DNA from: Anthoceros angustus
Lineage: Eukaryota > Plantae > Anthocerotophyta
DNA length: 64,000 nucleotides
Direction: 5' to 3'
NCBI GenBank assembly: GCA_010909165.1
Contig: MU008162.1
Coordinates: 1,488,001-1,552,000 of the forward strand
Made by a program: the position numbers and the translations under genes. Below, piece after piece: positions 24,249 to 34,079 of the stretch (position 1 is the stretch's first letter; every line of letters begins with the position of its first letter). The notes beneath the pieces are model-generated. The model saw only the letters and a list, made by a program, of their open reading frames with translations, was not told the origin of the DNA and did no database searches.

Positions 24249-26247
24249 TTACATTTTTTGTTCAGACACTCCCTTGCAAAGAACAGGATTTCTAGCAATG
24301 ACATCCGGGCAACCGGACTGTCTCCTCCTGTTGCAGCACGAGGATTCAGGCTCATTAAGGGAGCTCATGTCGAGCAGGTAGAACGGTCTGCATCACGAAA
24401 ATGAAGACAATTACTTGGTGGTGAGATACACAACATAAATATTGCAACATAATCAAGAGGGTGAGAATCTGTTGGAGCATACCTGCTATATGCAGGGGTG
24501 ATTTGTCCTTCCTCATCTACTGTTGCCCAGCTGAAGAGGACCTTGTTATCAGTAAAATCATAGAGCGCGGTGTGCATTTCCCCGGTTTGCTGCAAGGAGA
24601 TCATCTCGATCATAGCCTTTCCATCCAGGGCACCGTAGTATTTTGTGACCAGGGAATTCATACAGCCGTCCTGAGAGGGTTGGACGTACTTGTCTACAAA
24701 CACCACTCCAGGAACATCATCTCTGGGAACTGGAGATGTCAGCTGCAGTTTTGACAACATGCCGAGCATTACGAAGCTTGCTTGAGAATCACTGGGGAGG
24801 AGAACAATGGCAGAAAAATTGTAATACTCACCATGGTGAAGTTGCTGTCGTCATAGTAGACCAAAGGGTCAGGTGAATAGCCGACAAGATAGAACCGGTT
24901 GTCTACAGCGGACCCAATGCCTACCAGGATGGGACATGTCCTAGAAGTCTGTTCCAGATACTGCTGCGCTTCAGAGATGGTCTTGGTAAGTTGAAGAACA
25001 TCTCGAAGTACAAAATGCCATGGCATTCCTGCCTTGTTGCTGGAACCACCATATCCAAGCCATACCTGAAAAAGAACGCAGCTCATTAATCTCTCTCTTT
25101 GAGCTTCGCATACAGGCCAAGGGAGGAGGAAAGAAAGATGAGATGCTCCAACCCACCTTCTCGGATATCCCTAGATTTCCTGAGTAGCATGTCACACAGC
25201 CGATGAATCCAGCCCATGTAAAGAGAGCGAATGCATTGCCGTCCACCGGGTGATACACAACAACTGCATGAGACTTCAGAATCGGAGCTTCCATGTCCCA
25301 ATCCAGTGCACGCATTTGATGCAGACTGCCTAGTACCAGACACGTCTTGGCAAGTTATTGAGGAGGGCAATTCAGACGCCCCTGCATGAAATCAACCCGA
25401 CGAACCATAGCTTGTTCTACCTTGTCTAGAAGCAGCTAGGGTGGCCGGGCCCCACGATCCCAGCATGGAGCAGGAAGCCTGCATATATTCAGGGATCATC
25501 TGAATGCGTACCACATCCCAGTAATAAACTTCTGCGCCACTCGCAAGCCCAGTCATTTCATCTATGAAACCTGAACCGCCGATCAAGAAACAGTTAGAGA
25601 CTTCTTTGCAGTTGAAAGACTGGGATCCCAGAAAACCATCATCGCTGAAGGAACAACGCACCCTTCCAGACAAGGAGAAGGGTGCAGAGGACTCGCCACA
25701 TTACGTGAGGGTATGTACATCCATGTCAGGAGATAAGTGGTATCCAGTGCAGCAATCACTGCCACCCTCGCTATTCCTCTGGCAATCACATCTGGAAGAA
25801 ACGACAAATGCAGGCTGCTGATCATCCTGTCCTCCAGGTATCTACACCATGAAGAAAACAGCAGAGCCCAAGAAGAGAACGCTGTCAGAAACGTCCTCCC
25901 CCAACTCCTAGCCACTGCTGCAAGCAACCACTCAAAGGCAGTTGCCATTACGTGAAGAACTTGGAGTACATCTCCTGAATCTCCACTTTCAACAAAGCCC
26001 CATGCGCCCGGCCCAGCTCAAAAGGCGACCCGTAAACATGAACAAGTGGCAGCGAATCCTCCAAACGCTCTATCTGATACCGCTTCCCAAAAGGATCCTC
26101 AGCCACCAGCTTGGGCTCCACCTCCACAACTTCCGCCTTGTTCACACTCCCAGGACACACATCCTCTCCCGCACTCACCCACCCAACAGAATCCAGACCC
26201 AGAACCAGACACAAAACCAGAACCCAAAAGAACACGCTCTTCCCCAT
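24249..26247 (-). CDS. Secreted Ntn-hydrolase, peptidase C45 / acid-ceramidase-like (Dictyostelium dcd1-like), multi-exon
   Basis: Signal peptide MGKSVFFWVLVLCLVLGL; LVHVYGSPFELGRAHG; QMIPE..QASCSMLGSWGPAT (autocleavage Cys); RALDW; FTWAGFIG; GISEKVW; PWHFVLRDVLQ; RTCPILVGIG; last exon PFYLLDMS, stop at 24249. Confidence 0.75.
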
Positions 26248-26698
26248 CACAAACTCCTTCTCTCCAAGAACCAAGCACCGGATCCCGACACACCAGAGCC
26301 CACCAACACAGCAGCATCTGGATCGTGGTACCAAGATAGACGCGTCCCGGAATCAGCCTGGGAAGCAATGCTGTGGAACAGCATGGAAGTTGCACCCGGA
26401 AAACCGAACCACGGGAAGACGTCGGACATATATGTTAACCACGTCGTATGCCTGCGGAAAATCGGGATCGTGTCGTCGACAGGGTGAACCCAACAACCCA
26501 ACTGTAGACTGCCGTCCTGGGTCTCGAGCGGATCGTGACGTGGGTGCCCTGCCGGGTCAAAACCAGTTCCCTCCTGTCCTGTCCTGCCCTCTCCTGCCTG
26601 CCCTGGATCGCAAGATGAATTGAGGAAGCTTAAGACTGGATGGACCAGCACAAGAGGCCTCTGTGACAGAGTCCTTTGTTGGGTTGTGTAGGGAAGCG

Positions 26699-27472
26699 AT
26701 GGCGGGTGGGCTGATTGTGGAGGACGGCAACGATGGGAAGGAAATCAGCACGGTGCTGGTGCAGATTGCCATGGAGACAGAGGCGGAGCCGCTGGTGAAG
26801 GCTCTGGGGCTGACGAAGGTGACAACCCCGCCCTTCCCCCACCCGAGCTCCTGGATCCTCCACTCAGGGGAGAGGAAGGGAGTGGCGGTCCACGTGGTGG
26901 TGCCCGGCAAGGACGCCTACCACCAGGTGGACCAGGTGGGCACTGTGGCAGCGTCTCTCCTGGCCTACGCTTCCTTGCAAGCCTTGAAGCCGGACCTGCT
27001 CATCAACGCCGGCACTGCGGGGGGGTTCAGGGCGCATGGCGCCGGGATCGGGGACGTGTTTGTGGCCTCCCAGGCGGGCTACCATGACCGCAGGATCCCG
27101 TTGTCGGGCTTCCAGGCCTACGGGGTGGGCAAGATTACGGCTCCCGGGACGGCCAATCTGGTGAAGGCCTTGGGGTTGAAGGTGGGGGTCTTGTCTACAG
27201 GGAATTCCCTGGACATGAGCTCGGAGGACTATGAGGTGATCAAGGCTCAGGGGGCTGCCATCAAGGACATGGAGGGGGCGGCTGTTGCCCATACTGCTTC
27301 CCTGTTGCAGGTGCCCTACATCCTGTTGAAGGCTGTGACGGATGTTGTGGATGGGGATAGGCCCACGACTGAGGAGTTTTTGGAGAATTTGTCTGTTGCA
27401 GCTGAGGCATTGTTGAGGGTCACTGTTAGGATCTTGGACTTTGTGTCAGGAAGGCGGGTGGCTGAGTTGTGA
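26699..27472 (+). CDS. MTN: 5'-methylthioadenosine/S-adenosylhomocysteine nucleosidase, intronless
   Basis: IAMETEAEPLV, VDQVGTVAASL, LLINAGTAGGF, HDRRIP, LSTGNSLD, IKDMEGAAVA, KAVTDVVDG; first ATG at 26699. Confidence 0.93.
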   Translation: MAGGLIVEDGNDGKEISTVLVQIAMETEAEPLVKALGLTKVTTPPFPHPSSWILHSGERKGVAVHVVVPGKDAYHQVDQVGTVAASLLAYASLQALKPDLLINAGTAGGFRAHGAGIGDVFVASQAGYHDRRIPLSGFQAYGVGKITAPGTANLVKALGLKVGVLSTGNSLDMSSEDYEVIKAQGAAIKDMEGAAVAHTASLLQVPYILLKAVTDVVDGDRPTTEEFLENLSVAAEALLRVTVRILDFVSGRRVAEL

Positions 27473-27762
27473 CATCACAAGTTCCTGGGTTTAGGGTGCT
27501 GTTGTAGGGAGGTTAGGTGAAGAAGAAGAGCCTGACATTCACTGCAATCTTGCAATACAGGGGGGGAGGGGGGAGGGGCGGCTTCCGTTGCATGCTTCCC
27601 ATTATTTTTTTGCTATTGTGTGTTACGGGGCAAATCGGCCCATGTCTTCGTGGATAGGATAGGACTCCATGTGGAGTCTCCATGTGAACCTTTATCTACA
27701 TCAAGGCTGCAAGTAGTCTTTATTTATGAATCACAAATTGTGAACATGCTAGCTTACATCCT

Positions 27763-29709
27763 TCATGAGTGGAGCCTTTCTTGGAAGGAAGATATGTCGA
27801 CTTCCTGAGGACCCACTCGGTTTCTGGGGCAGGATTTGAAGTTGGGGCTGAAGTTGTAAACCTTGGACTGCCTTGTCACACCGAAGTCTGTTGGACTGTT
27901 TTGAAACCCTGCTGAATCTGATGATACCTCGTGGTAATCTAGGTTGTTGATCTTCTGGGCGACTGGAACTGGGTCGCAGCTCAGGTACGCGGGAGTGTTT
28001 TTGTCGATGGGATCGACAAGGGTGAGCGAAACCTGGTTGTTGGTGGGAAGCCCACTGCATGCTCCCGTCCGATCTGCAGGGGCACTGCCGCTGGGGTTGC
28101 AGTAGATGCCTGACACTGCTCTTTCAGAGCACAGGCTGTTCATCCAGGGATATCTCTGCAGCCACAAACACGGTTATACATAGAATTCTTGATCAAGATC
28201 GCTCTCGTCTGGCACCATCTCTGGCAGATGAAAGCTTGAACTTGCATCGATCAAAACCTACCCGAGAGTATTCTGCAGAAGAGTAACTCTGGACCCTTTG
28301 CTGCTCCCAAAAGGATCCTGGATCCTGGTCGCAGTTGTTGATGTCATAGTTCTGGCAGCTGATCCATCCCGCCAGGCCTTGAGACTTGGAAACGATCAAG
28401 CTGGACACTGTGTTGCTGTGGCCCGTGTTGAGCTTCAGTCCGTTAACGTTGTTGTGGCACACACCTCCCTCGATAGTGATGCCCGAGCTGGCCCAGTCCA
28501 GATAAAGGCAGTGCTCGCCTCCCTCCACATAATTGCAGGACAGGTAGTTTCCTGGATTGATCCAGTGGGTGGCAAAGTAGATCCCTGTACATCTCACCCA
28601 CCGCACTTCTCAGATTCCACGCCGACAATTCGACATCTCGCAAGCCAAGAACGATGTACCCAACTTGCCTGAATTATCCCACAGTTTGTCATCTTGCGGA
28701 TCTGTGTGGATGTAGTTGTAGGACATGGTATTCAGCATGCAGTCTCCAACATTGTGCTGACCAAGCCCACACCTGATGGCAGAGAAGCCGAAGTTATGGA
28801 AGTCATTGTTGGTGATGGACACGCCAACAGCCCCCTGGTACAGCCAAACTCCCACTGGGGCCCCAGAAATCTCAGAGTTGGTGACGCTGGTCATGCATTT
28901 CCTGAGAAGGGGCCCATCTCCACACATGGCAACATTCACATTAGAAGTGTCCTTTTTGGTGGAAGTGAGCTTCATGCCATCAAGGCTGGATCGCTCAGCC
29001 TGAAACATGTCCACACGCCCATGCACAGAGCCCTGCACCAGCATCACGTTTGCCGAATTGTAAATCACAACTGCCGGGCACACACTGTCGCCATTGTCTG
29101 ATTGGTACGGCAGCCCATTGCAGTTAGGCGAGTTGTCGTTCACGCCGTTGGTGAAATCCACTCGGCTGATGAGGATGTTGGAAGCTCCCTGCAGCCCAGT
29201 CCCACACAATCAATGGACGAACTTAGCTCGCCTTCGAAAGAACAAACTTTCCATCTCCCTGACGAACTCCTTGCATGGAGACTGGCCCTTCTTTACCTGG
29301 ACCGTGAGAGCGGGGCTGCTGTCGGAGGAGGAGATCGTGTAGACAGGTCCATTGTCAGCAGATTTTAGCACAGTGCAGGAGTAAGCATCCGTGAGGAGCA
29401 GGCCTAATCCAGCCGGCTCCCGACTGGAGGAAAACCCATTGTGAAGAACCAAAGTTACAGTCTCCGTGTTGGGGTGATCTTCACGGCTCTTCACATCCTG
29501 AATGCTCCTCACCTGGATCACCACTCCCCCATGCTGGCAGCCTCCAGCTGCTCCAACGTCCAGTGACAGTCATGAGAAGGTACGAAAGTCCGCTTTCACG
29601 ATCAGGACGTTGCAACACACATGCTGCAGCACTCACCTTGCACCAATACTAGCGTTGCTGCCAGGAGCAAGCTCCTGACCACATTGGCGATGAAACTGCT
29701 TCCCCGCAT
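27763..29709 (-). CDS. Secreted right-handed parallel beta-helix (pectin-lyase-fold) protein, about 5 exons
   Basis: Exon 1 MRGSSFIANVVRSLLLAATLVLVQ G|GTGAGT (signal peptide); later exons contain repeated beta-helix turns (VTNSEISGAPVGVWL, ITNNDFHNFGFSAI, MSYNYIH, GIYFATHW..GNYLSCNYV, LYLDWASSGITIEG, LNTGHSNTV); C-terminus RYPW...FQNSPTDFGVTRQSKV..F..CP...VGP. Confidence 0.7.
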
Positions 29710-31512
29710 TTGTGACAGCCTTCTCAACGATGTCAACGAGCCCCCACAAGCTTCAGAATTTGCAGTCTCAGTATGCTAGCCTCATCGACACAGAGCTCTT
29801 CCAGACAACAGTCAAAGGTGTCACTGATAACAATCGCAGCATGCGCTTGCAAATCAGCTCCTGACAGAAGAACAGCAAATTACAGCACAGCAGAACAGAA
29901 CAGAGCAGAGCAGAATGAAGGGCAGAAGCTCGAGGAAGATGGCAAGGACCCTGGAGATGGAATTGTGTGGAAGGTGTGGAAGGTGTGGCTGTTAAATCCT
30001 CTGAGCCTTTCAGGACAGTCATGACCTCTATTGAATGCCAGAGTACCCATACGGCAGTTGACAGTTATGTGTTACCCCATCCCAGCCCCAAAACTCCACA
30101 GCGACGTCTCAGCCTCTACATTCCACATTCCGTTGTACAAAGTATGTGTATGCTCGTCTATCCATATCACAAACACATGTCAATACGTACGCCATATCTA
30201 ACAACTTCCACCAACATCATATGATCACCTAACCGGCATGTACAGCACCACAATTAAGCCATTAGGACCCACTAACACTCCTATACACTACCATTCCCTA
30301 GAATGTGAGGGCTAGATGGATGCATGCACAAAGGAGTTATTATCTTGAAGGGAAGAAGGATAGACTCTAGGATAAAAGGAAAGTGCAACCAATTGCAGTC
30401 CATGTATTCTTGAGCTCGGATAGAATCAACCATGGATTCCTCAAACTCGGATAGAATCAACCCATCAAAGGAAGGCAGAGAAACAAGCTTACATATGTAC
30501 ATCATCTGCCATCTATGTACATAAAGAAGATGATCCCAGCTGACAGAGCGCTTGAGGCCGGGCAACACATGAAGCTTGGGCAGGCCTGTTTACTGCCAGT
30601 TAGTGCCTGCAAGCTGCGAGGAAAGGGGGCGCTGGTGTCAGAGACTGTGCCCTACCAGCGGCATGTGCAGCCCACCTGCGGGTCGCCGTCCGCGGCATGT
30701 TACAGCTACCGGTACGTCACTGGTCCTGGATACGTACACAACGAGATGTATGTACATACATACGACACATCGGGCCCGGAGACTAGCCGGCCCCAGATTT
30801 ATTATCACCGTCGGGATTTATTGTCGTCACCTCGAGGCTCGCAATAACCGACATTTTTAGGTCGAGTTGAGAGGTGAGCAGAACGCGGTGGGAGAAGCCC
30901 GTACCGGGCCGGCTGCATGTACAAGACGCGCTGTCGCAGCAGCAACCGCGATGGAGGCGAGGGCGGACTGCGATGCCAAGGATGCGCGCATGGAGCGCCA
31001 AGAAACCCTACCGGGCCGTGCCGTGGCTATGGCGGGAAAGCTCTGCGCTCGCGCTCGGCTTTGATTGAGACTGGCGGTGCCGGGAGCGGGACGGAGACAG
31101 CCCAGAGCCTCTGAAGGACTGGAAGGGCCAGGACGGTGCAGGACAGGGCGGGTGGAAGTCTGGTCAGGCCATGGCACGGCTGGACGGGACGGGACTGGAG
31201 AGAGATTAGCAGATTTGGTTACAGGCGTCCATTCTGCGTGATTTCTGCTCTGTGATGCTCTGTCAGTCTGTGCCGTCTTTGCGGGGAGATGCGGAATTGG
31301 CAGTTAAGGATTGGTGTAAGGAAGGTGGAGGGATTGTGGATTTCGAGGTGTGGGAGAGCGAGAATGTGAATGTCCGGAATCGTTTTTGCTGGTTGAGTGC
31401 GAATGATGTCAGGTGGACGAGCTCAGACAAGTGTGAAGTACGTGTAGGAGCTGGAGGTAGTTTGAATTGAAGTAGGGGAGGGAGTGAGATCTGGAGTTGG
31501 AGAGTTTGGGAG

Positions 31513-32522
31513 ATGGATTCGGCACAGGCAGTGGTGCCCTCTGCCGGCTCCGGCTCCGGGGTCTCCAATCTCAGCAATGCGCATTTGCAACCGAGTTTGA
31601 TCGCGGAGGAGCATCCGACGCTGGGGCTGGGGCTGCAGCAGCAGGTGCTGGTGCAGGCTGCGCATACGCAGCACACGGCTAAGAGGAAGGCTTCGAGAGC
31701 GGATGATGTTCAGGTATTTTGTTTTGTGACGCGGAAGAGTGTGGCTTGTTTGAGACGTTGGTTGCTTGAATGTGTGTGTCCAAACTGGTTGGAGTTGGGC
31801 GAGGTTTGGTTCTCGGTGTTGACGGTGAGTTGGGGCAGTGGGGGGAGGTGGCTACGAACTTCTTCATCGATGCGTTCGAGGAGCGGTACGTGGAGATCAA
31901 CAGAGGAAATTTTAGGGGGAAGGATTGGGAGAATTTGGCTGCTCTGGTGAGCGCCAGGTTCATAGGGGAGGGGAAGAGCTTCTCCGCTTTCCAGTGTAAG
32001 CACAAGCTGGAGAATTTGAAGAAGAAGTACAGGAGGGAGAAGGCGGCGATGATGGCGGCGGGGACTGTGAGCTCGGGATGGCAGTGGTATAACAGGATGA
32101 ATCACCTGTTCGGGCACGCGCCAGCCAAGGTGTCGGGAATTGCGGGAGCTGTGGACAATGGAGATCATGAGGAGGTGGAGAGGCCCAGGAAGGATGAGCT
32201 GATGATGGACAGGTTGACGGAAGCCATGGAGATGCAGCACCCGGATGAGCCTGACGAAGGGACGAAGGTCCAGTCGCAGGGAGATGAGCCTGAGATGTGT
32301 GAGGGAACCCCTCAGGGGAGCCCCGGGGTGGCCGGGAAGAGGGCTGTCAAGAAGAAGAAGCGAAGGAGCTCCATGTTCAACCCTGCCAAGGACCTGGCTG
32401 CCAGCTTCAGGGAGTACGCGCAGGCGATGGCTGAAGTGGAAAGGGAGAAAATGCAGATTTTGAGGGCCCTCCTGGCCCATCACAACATCATCGTTCACCC
32501 CAGCACCAACTCAGAATCTTGA
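31513..32522 (+). CDS. Myb/SANT-like (trihelix) DNA-binding protein, Harbinger-type partner ORF (2 exons)
   Basis: Exon 31513-31713, intron 31714-31838 (GT..AG, phase 0), exon 31839-32522 WGEVATNFFIDAFEERY..RGKDWENLA..FQCKHKLENLKKKYRREK..WQWYNRMNHLFG; C-terminal coiled coil KDLAASFREYAQAMAEVEREKMQIL. Confidence 0.82.
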
Positions 32523-32571
32523 CAACGAGGGTGGGCAGCCAGCTGGTCCGGCTCGCGTTAACCTAGATCCT

Positions 32572-33846
32572 TCACACAGCAGCAGCTGTTCTCCGAGCCA
32601 TCCAGTCTTCCAAGAGCGCCATCCTGTTGGCGGAGCCCTGCAGCTGCTCCCCGCCATTCTCACCACCCTGGCCGCGGACCACCTCTTCGTGTAGGCTGTT
32701 GGGAAATGGATCAAGCACCTGGTCGGGGTTCACCTCCCCTGCCAGAGTGCAGTAGTTGTGTAGCACACAGCAAGACACAGCCACTCGGGGCGCATACCGG
32801 AGATCTGTGTTGCAGTTGTTCAGGATCTGCCACCTGCTCTTGAGCATTCCAAAAGCAGTTTGTATTCTATTATGCGACTTCCAAAGCTGCTTGTCGAAGG
32901 CATCCTCTGCAGGACTTCGTGCAGAGAAGGGTTTCACAAGCCAGGTTCTCACAGGATATGCAGCATCCCCTACCAGATAAGGTCTAATCTTCCGCCCCCT
33001 TACGCTCACGCTGTGCTCACTGAACAACCCTCTGTCTTCCATCTTAGTCCACAAACTGGTCACCCTCAGATTGCTTGCGTCATGCGTAGCCCCGGGCATC
33101 TTGCAAGCAACATCCCAGAACAAATGCTCCGAATCGCACACTGCTTGCAGGAGAATGGAGGGAAATCCATGCCTCGACCTATACTCCACCGGATTCCGAG
33201 ACCTACAGGGCTTCCTAAACAGCCGCACGTGGGTGCCATCTACCGCACCCGCCATTCCTGGCAGCTCCGTGAGCTGCGAAAACCTAGCCATGATCCGCAC
33301 CAGCCTCTCTCCAGCAGGCACGGATATGTATCGCGAGTAGAGCTTGTCTCGGTCCGTGAGAATAGAGATGACAATTCTGGTATACTTGGAGATGGTGGAC
33401 GCCCCGATTCCATACATCTCAGACATCTCACTAGGAGCCTTCCCCGATCCCAGCCGGTGCAGCACCACAGCCACAGCCTTGTCCTTCTCCACAGGTTGCC
33501 TCACGAACGTGGCCGCATGTTCGATAAATGGAGACAGCAAATCCACCAGCTTAGTGAAGCTCCCGAACCCCATCCTGAAATGCCTCCTCCACAAAGCATC
33601 CCGCTCTTCCTCCCCGGCATTGAAAGCCTGCCTCCTGACGGTCGCCCACCACAGATTCTTGGTGGCCGGCGACCACCAGATTCTCTCCCCCTCCTCTGAC
33701 TGGGCAATCAGAGTGTAGGCGGCCATCAGTCTCATGACCGCATCCCTGCCCGCTGGAGGCTCCAACAAAGCAAGGAGGAGCAGCAAGGGGTGCACTTGGC
33801 CATTGTGTGTCAAGGCCCACAGCACTGCACTTTCGAAGCAGTCCAT
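32572..33846 (-). CDS. PIF/Harbinger transposase-derived nuclease (HARBI1/ALP1-like) with a DDQ triad
   Basis: Intact ORF (first ATG at 33846): WRRHFRM..F..L..LL, HTH region, GAVDGTHV (D1), YLVGDAAYP (D2), RIQTAFGMLKSRW (canonical vErafG.LK.RW; CAA at 32860-32862), CCVLHNYC. Confidence 0.9.
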   Translation of the reverse strand: MDCFESAVLWALTHNGQVHPLLLLLALLEPPAGRDAVMRLMAAYTLIAQSEEGERIWWSPATKNLWWATVRRQAFNAGEEERDALWRRHFRMGFGSFTKLVDLLSPFIEHAATFVRQPVEKDKAVAVVLHRLGSGKAPSEMSEMYGIGASTISKYTRIVISILTDRDKLYSRYISVPAGERLVRIMARFSQLTELPGMAGAVDGTHVRLFRKPCRSRNPVEYRSRHGFPSILLQAVCDSEHLFWDVACKMPGATHDASNLRVTSLWTKMEDRGLFSEHSVSVRGRKIRPYLVGDAAYPVRTWLVKPFSARSPAEDAFDKQLWKSHNRIQTAFGMLKSRWQILNNCNTDLRYAPRVAVSCCVLHNYCTLAGEVNPDQVLDPFPNSLHEEVVRGQGGENGGEQLQGSANRMALLEDWMARRTAAAV

Positions 33847-34079
33847 TCCTGTCTCTTGCAAGTCTCAATACTGGAATCATGGAGGACAGAATGTAGCGCT
33901 CGTTAGCAAAGCATACAAACATCCGCCGACAGAACCACTGCCGTTACCGTCCAAACTAGTCCGCGGGCGAGGACGATTAAGTATTATAATCCTGGCACGA
34001 GAAAAATGCATTGTCTGTGGGCGGTAACGTGTTGACTGGTTGTATGTGCTCTGGCGCAGTGTGCAAAGAGGTGGATGTT

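Noticed and set aside
30515-31180. GC-rich overlapping short ORFs upstream of the Myb gene
   Set aside because: No homology recognised and mostly non-ATG starts; treated as a promoter region.
33946-33965. ccgtccaaactagtcc as a PIF-like right TIR
   Set aside because: No matching inverted copy found upstream of the Myb gene (30.6-31.5 kb) and no TAA/TTA TSD.
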